From Candidatus Omnitrophota bacterium (lineage in GTDB: Bacteria; Omnitrophota; Gorgyraeia; Zapsychrales; Zapsychraceae): a DNA stretch of 64,000 bases. Both the position numbers and the translations under genes were made by a program. Positions within the stretch are counted from its first letter, which is position 1. Every line of letters starts with the position of its first letter. The notes under the pieces are model-generated. The model was given only the letters and a program-made list of their open reading frames with translations. It was not told the origin of the DNA and made no database searches. Location: NCBI GenBank assembly GCA_050250375.1, contig JBFWOS010000002.1, forward strand, positions 282,980 to 346,979, given 5' to 3'. This document shows, piece by piece, positions 1 to 8,224 of this stretch.

Positions 1-53
1 AGATCATCTGTCTACGGAACAGAAGGTTAGAGGTTCAAATCCTCTCGGGCGCG
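1..53 (+). tRNA. tRNA-Arg(ACG), 5' end cut by window edge, CCA not encoded
   Basis: Anticodon arm TCTGT-CTACGGA-ACAGA (ACG at 14-16), T-arm AGAGG-TTCAAAT-CCTCT, acceptor 3' strand CGGGCGC plus discriminator G. Confidence 0.92.
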
Positions 54-90
54 GTTTCTTCTTTTAACGGTTAATTGGCCTTTAAGACTC

Positions 91-1257
91 ATGACTCCCA
101 AACCAGTCCACTCATCCAAGACTTCTTCCCAGCCTATTAAAATTAACGGCGCTATTGAAGGTTTTTACCAGCAGCTGATCGAACAGGCCGCCGACGGAAT
201 ATTTACCGTGAGCCTTAAAGGGGAGATCCTGTATGCCAACAAGGCCGCCTGCGACATCGTCAAACTGCCGCCGCGAAAAATCATCGGCAATCATTTCATG
301 CTGTTTCTCGACAGACGCTCACGTCCGAAGTCCAAGGAATATATCCTGCAGGTGAAAAAAGGGGTAACTCCGATGCGGGATGAATTGGTGATCAAAGACA
401 GCAAAGGGAAAAAGAAGCCGATTGAATTCACCGCGTCGCCCATATATCAGGGAAAGGAAGTCGTCCAGATTCACATCTCCATCCGGGATATATCCCGCCG
501 GAAGAATCTGGAGGAATACGCCCGCGAATCGGTCAAGTCCGGGGCGATCCAGAATTTCATTTCCGGGACCACCCACGAAATCCAGTCACCTCTCAAAGGT
601 CTGCTGAGCCAGACCCAGAGCCTGATCGACAAATACAAAGACCGTGATTTTGAGTATATCGGTTTTAAGGAATTCACCGAAATTTTTGAAACCCTCGTGC
701 ACATGCGGGACAAGGCGCAGTACTGCTGCGACACGACCGACCGCCTGATCAACATGAGCCGGGGCCGCGCGGAGCACGGCCAGAAATCGAGCGATGTGAA
801 TAAAGTGGTCAGGGATTCGGTCCAGAGCCTGAAAGACAGCCTCGTCAAGTCCGGGGTCAATGTCCGTTTGCATCTTTCTTCCCATCTGCCGCCGGCCGCC
901 ATCGGCGAGGTGGAGCTGGGGCAGGTGATCGTCAAGATCATCACCAATTCCATCCAGTCCCTGACACGCGACGGCCATATAGATTTCAAGACCGCTTTTT
1001 CGAAGAAGGAAAACAAGATCCGGATTGACTGCGTTGATGACGGCATCGGTATCCCCAAGGAAAATCTGCCCAAGGTCTTTGACCCGTTCTTTACCACCCG
1101 GGAAAAAGGGGAACAGCAGAGCGCGGGGCTTGGGCTGGCCATCGCCCATTCCATTATGAAATCCTGCCAGGGCAATATTGTGATCAGCAGCCACCAGAAC
1201 CAGGGAACACGGGTGAAATTGGTCCTGCCGGTTTTCAAGAAAACAGCTAAAAAATGA
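91..1257 (+). CDS. PAS-domain sensor histidine kinase (cytoplasmic)
   Basis: N-terminal PAS (DGIF..YAN..ACD, RDISRRK), H-box THEIQSPL, N-box ITNSIQS, G1 DDGIGI, F-box FDPFFTT, G2 GLGL; no TM segment. Confidence 0.92.
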   Translation: MTPKPVHSSKTSSQPIKINGAIEGFYQQLIEQAADGIFTVSLKGEILYANKAACDIVKLPPRKIIGNHFMLFLDRRSRPKSKEYILQVKKGVTPMRDELVIKDSKGKKKPIEFTASPIYQGKEVVQIHISIRDISRRKNLEEYARESVKSGAIQNFISGTTHEIQSPLKGLLSQTQSLIDKYKDRDFEYIGFKEFTEIFETLVHMRDKAQYCCDTTDRLINMSRGRAEHGQKSSDVNKVVRDSVQSLKDSLVKSGVNVRLHLSSHLPPAAIGEVELGQVIVKIITNSIQSLTRDGHIDFKTAFSKKENKIRIDCVDDGIGIPKENLPKVFDPFFTTREKGEQQSAGLGLAIAHSIMKSCQGNIVISSHQNQGTRVKLVLPVFKKTAKK

Positions 1258-1730
1258 GTGTCCCTGAATTATTAACGGATGAGAATTACATGCGCCAGGC
1301 CATCGGCCAGGCAAAGCAGGCGTATGAACGGGATGAGGTGCCGGTGGGCGCCGTAATCGTCTTCGAAAACCAGATCATCGCCAAGGCGTATAACCAGGTG
1401 GAGACGCTGAAAGACCCGACCGCGCACGCGGAAATGATCGCCGTGACCCAGGCGGTCAACACACTCAAAACGAAATGGCTCAACAAATGCACGATGTACG
1501 TAACGCTGGAACCCTGCGCCATGTGCGCCGGGGCGCTTGTTCTTTCCAGGATCAGCACGCTGGTGATTGCCGCCGAAGACCCCAAGACCGGCGCGTGCGG
1601 ATCGGTGATGGATATTGTCCGGCATAATGATTTGAATCACCGCATCGAAGTCCGTCCCGGGATCCTCCGGGAAGAAAGCTCCGCGCTCCTCAAAGATTTT
1701 TTCCGAAAAAAACGCCACACGCTGAATTGA
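1254..1730 (+). CDS. tadA: tRNA adenosine(34) deaminase TadA
   Basis: DEVPVGAVIV, DPTAHAE, VTLEPCAMC zinc motifs, DPKTGACGS, LNH, FF..KR C-terminus. Confidence 0.95.
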   Translation: MSVPELLTDENYMRQAIGQAKQAYERDEVPVGAVIVFENQIIAKAYNQVETLKDPTAHAEMIAVTQAVNTLKTKWLNKCTMYVTLEPCAMCAGALVLSRISTLVIAAEDPKTGACGSVMDIVRHNDLNHRIEVRPGILREESSALLKDFFRKKRHTLN

Positions 1731-1775
1731 AAAAGGGGACACCGTTTTCCAATATAAAAACGGCGTCACCTTTTT
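1730..1775 (+). terminator. Intrinsic terminator-like hairpin after tadA
   Basis: AAAAAGGGGACACCGTTTT..AAAACGGCGTCACCTTTTT imperfect inverted repeat ending in a T run. Confidence 0.6.
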
Positions 1776-1777
1776 CT

Positions 1778-1798
1778 CAAAACACCACGCGCGTGGTG
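1778..1798. repeat. Palindromic repeat, copy 1 (CACCACGCGCGTGGTG)
   Basis: Perfect 16-bp palindrome at 1783-1798; 20 bp CAAAACACCACGCGCGTGGT identical to 55154-55173. Confidence 0.8.
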
Positions 1799-1863
1799 AA
1801 ACGGGCGGCGGGATTATCGACATTCATCTTGCCGATTGTCCCGGTGCCGTGTAAAATAGGGGC

Positions 1864-2271
1864 ATGAAAATTTTTTACGGCATCCTGGTCTGTCTGACCC
1901 TCGCTGTTCCGGCCCGCGCCGCGGACATTTACAGGGTTGAAAAAGTCATCAATGGCCATACATTGTTGTTGTCCAACCACAAGACGGTCCGGTTGATCGG
2001 GATTGAAGCGTCATCTGACGCGGCCACGGAATTTGTCCGGCAAATGGTGGAAGGCAAAGGGGTAAAGCTCGAGTTTGACAAGACCAGGGAAGATGCCGAC
2101 GGGATATGGCTGGCGTACGTCCTTATGATCGAGACGTTCCTCAACGCGACTTTGGTTCATGCCGGGTATGCTGTCCCTGTATCAATGCCGCCGAATACGG
2201 TTCATGATGAACTGTTCAACAGTCTGTATGAAGACGCCGTGAAAAATCATCGAGGCTTATGGAAAAATTGA
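1864..2271 (+). CDS. Secreted thermonuclease (SNase-like) family protein, probably degenerate active site
   Basis: Signal peptide, VEKVINGHT, VRLIGI, LAYV, LNATLV..GYA, RGLW C-terminus typical of the SNase family. Confidence 0.8.
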   Translation: MKIFYGILVCLTLAVPARAADIYRVEKVINGHTLLLSNHKTVRLIGIEASSDAATEFVRQMVEGKGVKLEFDKTREDADGIWLAYVLMIETFLNATLVHAGYAVPVSMPPNTVHDELFNSLYEDAVKNHRGLWKN

Positions 2272-3935
2272 AAATGGATAAAGAATCCTGGTCCGTGCGG
2301 ATCAGGGGATGGAAGGAAACGCTGGGCCAGCCGTTCGACCCGGTGAACCTCGGATGTTTCCGGATTTGTTTCGGCCTGCTGATGGTCCTGTACATCTATT
2401 TATACCGGACACCCGCCATCGTCAAGACCATTTACCTGACAGCGGATTTTCACTTTACCTATTCTTTATTTGACTGGCTGGGACTGCCGTTTCCCACCGC
2501 CGCGATCATGTCCGTTCTTACGAAAGTGATTGCCGTTTCCGCCCTGTTTATCGCGCTGGGACTGCTGACCCGGGTCTCAGCCGGAGTGTTTTTTTTAACA
2601 TTCGGTTACATGTTTCTCATCGAGAAGACGCATTATAATAACCACTATTATCTGATTTTGCTTTTTTCGTTCTTTTTTATCATCACCGGAAGCAACCGGT
2701 TTTTTTCCCTGGACCGGCTGATATTCGGAAAAAACAGAAGGGACTATCTGCCGTACTGGCATTTGTTCCTGTTCCAGATCCAGATAGCCCTGGTTTATTT
2801 TTTCGGCGGCCTGGCCAAACTAAACACGGACTGGATCAGCGGCCGGGTGACCCAGAACATATTCGATGGCGCCAGCGACGGGTTCTTCTTTGTAACGGCC
2901 ACGGCCGGCCTGGTGATTGACTTTTGTGTGGCGTTCATGCTGATCTACAAGCCGTTAAGGAAGACGGGGATTCTTCTGTCGATCCTGTTCCATGTGTTTG
3001 TTAAATATTACCTGAACGTCGGTGTTTTTCCTTTTTTGATGATCGCCTGCGCGCTGTTGTATCTGGAACCCGGGGCCATCCGGAATTTTCTCGGACTGTT
3101 CCGGGAAGAAAAAGACCGGACCGTTTATGAATTGCCGGGAGAGGCCCGGAGGGATCCGGTTGCGCGGCCCGTGTGGATATTTATCTGTGTTTATATCGGG
3201 ATTCAGGTTTTAGTGCCCCTGCGGTCTATGCTGTACCCGGGACATGTCCAATGGAACCTTAAAGGCGACCGGTTTGCCTGGAGGATGTTTTCCCAGGATA
3301 ATCTGGGCCACATTGATTTTTTCGTGACGGACGTGATTACCGGCGACACGGTGGAAGTCCCGCGTCTTAAGGGGATCACGATTGACGCCTACAGCCAGAT
3401 GGCGTTTCATCCGGATATGATTCTGCAGTACGCCCGCTACCTGCACGATTTATATCAGAGGAAAGGGGTCTATGACCCGATCATCACGGCGAATTCCTTT
3501 GTTTCGTTAAACGGCCGGCCGTTTTCACTGTTTATTCATTCCGATCTTAATCTGGCGCATCCGGATATCCATCCGGACACCAAAGATCTAACCGGTCCTG
3601 CGCCGTTTAAAAAGCAGGATACCCTGATCGATCCGAAAAATGTGGGGCGGTTTTTTTCACCGGCTTATCAAATGGCGGTCATTGATGAAGAAACCTTGAT
3701 CCCCGGGGACCATCCGACGGTAATCCTTATGCAGGGGTTGATCGACCGGCTGATCAGGAACCCGGTCATCAGTCCTTACCAGATCTCGAATTTGGTGGTG
3801 GATCTGAAACAGATTTTATACACGGAATACGGGCACCACTTTACAGCCAAACAAATCCTGGAAAGAATATTTGAAAAGACCGGCCCGTTAGATACCGTTC
3901 CTTCCATTAATCAACTCCTCAAATATTTTATTTGA
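2259..3935 (+). CDS. HTTM-domain / vitamin K-dependent gamma-carboxylase-like membrane protein (start may be 2274)
   Basis: FRICFG, YNNHYYL, VYFFGGLAKLNTDW, RFAWRM, PDMILQYA, VSLNGRP motifs. Confidence 0.85.
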   Translation: MEKLKMDKESWSVRIRGWKETLGQPFDPVNLGCFRICFGLLMVLYIYLYRTPAIVKTIYLTADFHFTYSLFDWLGLPFPTAAIMSVLTKVIAVSALFIALGLLTRVSAGVFFLTFGYMFLIEKTHYNNHYYLILLFSFFFIITGSNRFFSLDRLIFGKNRRDYLPYWHLFLFQIQIALVYFFGGLAKLNTDWISGRVTQNIFDGASDGFFFVTATAGLVIDFCVAFMLIYKPLRKTGILLSILFHVFVKYYLNVGVFPFLMIACALLYLEPGAIRNFLGLFREEKDRTVYELPGEARRDPVARPVWIFICVYIGIQVLVPLRSMLYPGHVQWNLKGDRFAWRMFSQDNLGHIDFFVTDVITGDTVEVPRLKGITIDAYSQMAFHPDMILQYARYLHDLYQRKGVYDPIITANSFVSLNGRPFSLFIHSDLNLAHPDIHPDTKDLTGPAPFKKQDTLIDPKNVGRFFSPAYQMAVIDEETLIPGDHPTVILMQGLIDRLIRNPVISPYQISNLVVDLKQILYTEYGHHFTAKQILERIFEKTGPLDTVPSINQLLKYFI

Positions 3936-3942
3936 TCAGCTC

Positions 3943-5361
3943 ATGAACATTTCAGAGAAAATAAAAAAACGAGCTTTAATCCTTATTTTTATTTTATCCG
4001 GTGTGGCGGTCTTATTTATGCCGGCCGCCGGCGCGCAGGAGTTTAAACCCCTGCCCGCGATCCTTCCGGAAGACCGTGTCCTGATCATCGCCCCGCATCC
4101 GGATGATGAGACCATCGCCGCCGCCGGGGTGATCCAGAATGCCGTGAAGAATAAATCCCAACTCAGGATTGTCTGGATGACCAACGGCGACAGCAATGAA
4201 TATGCTTTTTTGCTTTATAACAAACAGCCTGTCCTGAAACGAGAGGCCGTGATCAAGATGGGCAAACTCAGACGGAAAGAAGCGATTGAGGCCATGCGTG
4301 TTCTGGGGGTGAGGGAGGACCGGCTGACGTTTCTGGGATATCCGGATTACGGGACGATGACGATCTTTAAGGAATACTGGGGAGAATCAGGCCCCCTTAA
4401 GAGTGTGCTGACCCGGGTCAGAAACGTGCCTTATTCGGACAGCCCGTCCTACCGGAAATCTTATGTCGGGGACAATATTCTCGAGGATTTGACCAACCTT
4501 CTCAGAAATTTTAAGCCCACCAAGATATTTGTGACGCTGTCATCTGATTTTAACGTCGACCACCAGGCGGCCTTTCTTTTCCTGCAGGTAGCGGCCTGGG
4601 CAACACAGCCGGATATCGGCACCCCTGAGATTTATTCTTATTTGATCCATTCCCCGCGCTGGCCGTCGCCCAAAGGGTATAATCCGGAACTGTCCCTTGA
4701 ACCGCCGTCGAGTTTTAAATCGGCCAATCTGCAGTGGTACAGTCTGGACCTGAAGCAGGAACAGATCGAGCTGAAAAGGCAGGCCGTCCTGAAATATGAA
4801 TCTCAAATGTATAACCCCGGTTATCTCCTGGCGTTTGCCCGGAAAAATGAGATGTTCGCCCAGTACCCGGTCATCAAGTTGAATGACAGCCTCGGCAATG
4901 TGATTGATTGGGAATCGATCGGAAAAGAGGCGCGCCTGGAATCCCGCATCTTTGATGAAGATTATACCGGCGGGAAAACCATTGACGGCGTACTGTACGC
5001 GAAAACGAAACAGTCCCTGCATGTCAAAATAAAATCTCCGACCTACAAAAGCCGTTTGTTCGGGGTGAATCTTTTTTTGTACGGTTACAGGAAGGACCGG
5101 AGTTTCAGTGAAATGCCCAAGCTGAGATTTCATTTCCTGCGCCCGAATAAAATCGTCATTTATGATAAACGCCATCCGGTCATGATGGAGGAAGTCCGCT
5201 ATGAATACAAGGGGCAGGAGATCGAATTCAGCATCCCGCTGGAGCTGCTGGATCATCCGGATTTTATCATGACCAGTGTTTCTTCATGGCTGCGGGGGAT
5301 TCCCCAGGAAACAACGGCCTGGCGCATCCTGGAATTACCGGACGCGCGGGAGGGACACTAA
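3943..5361 (+). CDS. PIG-L/LmbE family deacetylase, exported
   Basis: IAPHPDDE, TNGD, R..EA, LGYPD, DHQ, YESQ motifs; N-terminal signal/TM. Confidence 0.9.
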   Translation: MNISEKIKKRALILIFILSGVAVLFMPAAGAQEFKPLPAILPEDRVLIIAPHPDDETIAAAGVIQNAVKNKSQLRIVWMTNGDSNEYAFLLYNKQPVLKREAVIKMGKLRRKEAIEAMRVLGVREDRLTFLGYPDYGTMTIFKEYWGESGPLKSVLTRVRNVPYSDSPSYRKSYVGDNILEDLTNLLRNFKPTKIFVTLSSDFNVDHQAAFLFLQVAAWATQPDIGTPEIYSYLIHSPRWPSPKGYNPELSLEPPSSFKSANLQWYSLDLKQEQIELKRQAVLKYESQMYNPGYLLAFARKNEMFAQYPVIKLNDSLGNVIDWESIGKEARLESRIFDEDYTGGKTIDGVLYAKTKQSLHVKIKSPTYKSRLFGVNLFLYGYRKDRSFSEMPKLRFHFLRPNKIVIYDKRHPVMMEEVRYEYKGQEIEFSIPLELLDHPDFIMTSVSSWLRGIPQETTAWRILELPDAREGH

Positions 5362-6014
5362 TGGACGTCAGCATCCGGGCTTATGACGAGAAAGACCGGG
5401 ACGGGGTGCGCCGGATCGCCTGCGCGACGGCCTTTCTGGGAGAACCCTGCCAAAAGGTTGTATCAAACGCCGAAGTGGTTGCCGACGCGTTAAGCCTTTA
5501 TTACACGCGTTACGAACCGGAGTCGTGTCTGGTCGCGGAATCCGGCGGAAAAGTCGTCGGATACCTGATCGGGACGAAAGATTCCCGGCGGATGAGCAGA
5601 TTTAACGGGAAAATCGCGGCCGTCATTACCGGAAAAGTCATCCGTTACGGCCTGCTGTTTGACCGGAAAAATATCCAGTTTATCTGGTTTAATTTTCTCA
5701 GTATTCTGAAAGGGGAATTCCGCAAGCCGGACCACTCTAAAGAATATCCCGCGGTGATCCATATTAATGTTGATCATCCTTACCGCTCACAGGGGATCGG
5801 CGGACGTTTGATGGCGGCGTTTCTGGATGAACTGCGGGCCAAAAAGATCCCGGGTGTCCGGATATCGACCAACACGGAAACCGGCAAACAATTTTTTCTA
5901 AAACAGGGATTCCATTTTCTATACAGCCAGGAGCAGACCCAGCTCCGGTACTTAACCAAACAGAACTTCACCAATTTTGTTTACGGGTTGAAACTGGGCG
6001 GTACGAACAAATAG
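5361..6014 (+). CDS. GNAT family N-acetyltransferase
   Basis: ATG overlaps upstream stop (TAATG); acetyl-CoA motif HINV...RSQGIGGRL, FFLKQGF. Confidence 0.85.
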   Translation: MDVSIRAYDEKDRDGVRRIACATAFLGEPCQKVVSNAEVVADALSLYYTRYEPESCLVAESGGKVVGYLIGTKDSRRMSRFNGKIAAVITGKVIRYGLLFDRKNIQFIWFNFLSILKGEFRKPDHSKEYPAVIHINVDHPYRSQGIGGRLMAAFLDELRAKKIPGVRISTNTETGKQFFLKQGFHFLYSQEQTQLRYLTKQNFTNFVYGLKLGGTNK

Positions 6015-6137
6015 AATATTTCCGGATATCCATGTATCAACCGTAATAAATTTGCTTTATATGCTTGTACAGGTTACACTTACTGATCAGTTTCAAAATT
6101 TATTAAGCTATACAATTTTTGAAAAAGTGATAATATA

Positions 6138-6152
6138 TGGCAGGTTATTGGC
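6138..6152 (+). promoter_or_regulatory. Possible sigma54 -24/-12 promoter for the polysaccharide locus
   Basis: TGGCAGGTTATTGGC has GG-N10-GC spacing in an AT-rich intergenic region; -12 is TGGC rather than TTGC. Confidence 0.3.
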
Positions 6153-6322
6153 GCATAGAAATAAAGAACGGGTGAGAAGCGTTTATAAAAATGTTGGTAA
6201 AACATAAATTATTTATTGATAGATGTTTATGATAATTAATTTTAACCTTTTTGTCTTTTCTTCTGTGGTAAGCCTTCAAGGTCCCCTCTTTGCCCCTGTT
6301 AACCAAGATTAAATCAACATAA

Positions 6323-7564
6323 ATGAGGTTATCTATGAATGTCCGTATCGCTGTTTGGAGTATATTAATTAGTAGTTTGATGTCAGTTTTAAGCGTGACA
6401 GACGTCTTTGCCCAGACATTTTATAGGGAAGAGAATATTCGCAGGGTCCTTCAAGGCTATCAGGATCTCAAAGGCATTCGTATTGGCCAGGCGGCCAGCT
6501 TAAAGGCCACTATTTCACAGGAAGGACTGTATGACGACAATATCTTTTTATCCGCAGAAGACAAGAAGCATGATTTTATCAGCATTACCAGTCCTCAATT
6601 TCTTCTGGATGTGCCGGTAGGAAAGGATGCCCGCCATCATCTGCAAGTGTTATATAAGGCGGATGCCGCGGCTTATTCAAATTATAAAAATCAGAATTAT
6701 GTTAACCAGGGCGTAGTGGCGTTGGCGGACATGTCCCTGCCATTCGGATATCTCAATGTGCAAAATGCTTTTCGGGATACGGTCGACAGGGCCTCAACCG
6801 AGTTTACAAATCAGGTGCGACGAAATGAAAATCTGTCCCGGATTATCTTTGGTGTCAAAAAGAACAAATTCACCTATGAAACCGGGTATATCCATTTTAT
6901 ATCCGATTATCGGGATAATGATCTCGAGGTTTTGAACCATCAGGAAGATATTTTTACGGGGACGGTCTATTACCAGATTTTCCCAAAGGCCAGAGCGCTT
7001 CTTGAATATAATCATGGTCTCATCAATTATTCCAACGACGAGACTCGTGACGGAGATTATGACCAGTTCCGTACCGGCGTTAAATTTGACCTCACTGGAA
7101 AGACCGACGGCATCGTCAAAGTGGGTTACCAGCAACGGGAGTATGATTCCGCGGGACGAAGCGGTTTTAACGGATTTGTCACCGAAGCCGGGATCAACAC
7201 TGTATTCTCCGAGCGCACATCGTTATCACTTAATTATGACAGCACAGCCGTGGAATCGATTGATTCGACGAATAATTATTACAATATGAATTTAATTGAA
7301 GCCAATTTGACCCAGAATCTCAGAGGTAATTTTGATCTGGTGCTGACGTCCCGGTTTGAACGGCGTGATTACCCCGAAGCAGATCCAACGGCCAATGTTA
7401 AACGCCGTGACACCGTTCTGACCGAGGGAATTACACTTAAGTACAAGATCAATAAATTAGGGGAGATAAATCTGGGCTATCGATATACGAATGACAAGTC
7501 CAATATCGACAGCAATGAATACAAGGATAATTTAATCTCCCTGCGGTTTGATTTATTAATTTAA
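6323..7564 (+). CDS. Outer-membrane beta-barrel protein for polysaccharide export (EpsX/VpsM-like)
   Basis: Signal peptide, YDDNIF motif, alternating aromatic beta-strands, first gene before OPX and Wzc. Confidence 0.75.
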   Translation: MRLSMNVRIAVWSILISSLMSVLSVTDVFAQTFYREENIRRVLQGYQDLKGIRIGQAASLKATISQEGLYDDNIFLSAEDKKHDFISITSPQFLLDVPVGKDARHHLQVLYKADAAAYSNYKNQNYVNQGVVALADMSLPFGYLNVQNAFRDTVDRASTEFTNQVRRNENLSRIIFGVKKNKFTYETGYIHFISDYRDNDLEVLNHQEDIFTGTVYYQIFPKARALLEYNHGLINYSNDETRDGDYDQFRTGVKFDLTGKTDGIVKVGYQQREYDSAGRSGFNGFVTEAGINTVFSERTSLSLNYDSTAVESIDSTNNYYNMNLIEANLTQNLRGNFDLVLTSRFERRDYPEADPTANVKRRDTVLTEGITLKYKINKLGEINLGYRYTNDKSNIDSNEYKDNLISLRFDLLI

Positions 7565-7584
7565 GATAAGAGGTTTTAAAAAAT

Positions 7585-8214
7585 ATGAAAAAATGGATAC
7601 CGGTAGTATTAATTTCAGTGTTTTTGATGACATGGTCCGCAGACGGATTTGCGGCTTCCCCGGCAACACAGCCGACGAGTGAAGTTTTGGAAAAGAAATC
7701 TGCGGAAACGTCCGAATATCTGATCGGGTCCGAAAATGTCCTTCTGATTGATGTCTATTACGGCAAAGGGGAAAAAATATCCCAGAGAGTGCGGGTCTCA
7801 TCTCGTGGATTTATCACATTCCCATTGGTCGGGGAAATCGAAATTGGAGGCCTGACGGTGTCAGGTCTACAGGAAAAATTGACGGATATTCTTGGCAAAG
7901 ATTACCTGGTTAATCCCCAGGTTACGATTTTTATTGAAGAGTACAGTACCGTTTCGATCATGGGCGAGGTCAAAAAACCCGGGGTTTACCCGATCAAAGG
8001 GCGGCTTTCGGTCATAGAATTAATTTCACTGGCCGAAGGGTTTACATCCATCGCGGCGCCTAATAAGGTTAAAGTGATCCGTACCAACTCCAACGGAATC
8101 AGGGAAGAGTTGCAGGTTCGTATTAACGATATTATTAACAAAGAAAGCGGAGATAAGGATAACGTAGTCTTACGCGCGGGGGATATGGTTATTGTCCCGG
8201 AAAGTATGTTTTAG
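7585..8214 (+). CDS. wza: Short polysaccharide export (OPX/Wza-like) protein: PES plus one SLBB domain
   Basis: YLIG..NVL, G.ITFPLVGEI..GLT, NPQVTI, GEVKKPG.Y, L.AGD.VIVPES. Confidence 0.88.
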   Translation: MKKWIPVVLISVFLMTWSADGFAASPATQPTSEVLEKKSAETSEYLIGSENVLLIDVYYGKGEKISQRVRVSSRGFITFPLVGEIEIGGLTVSGLQEKLTDILGKDYLVNPQVTIFIEEYSTVSIMGEVKKPGVYPIKGRLSVIELISLAEGFTSIAAPNKVKVIRTNSNGIREELQVRINDIINKESGDKDNVVLRAGDMVIVPESMF

Positions 8215-8224
8215 GGAGTTTCAT

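Noticed and set aside
471-1823. Long antisense ORFs (471-1238, 586-1314, 1272-1823) and similar shadow ORFs across the window
   Set aside because: They lie opposite well-supported genes and show no recognisable motifs.
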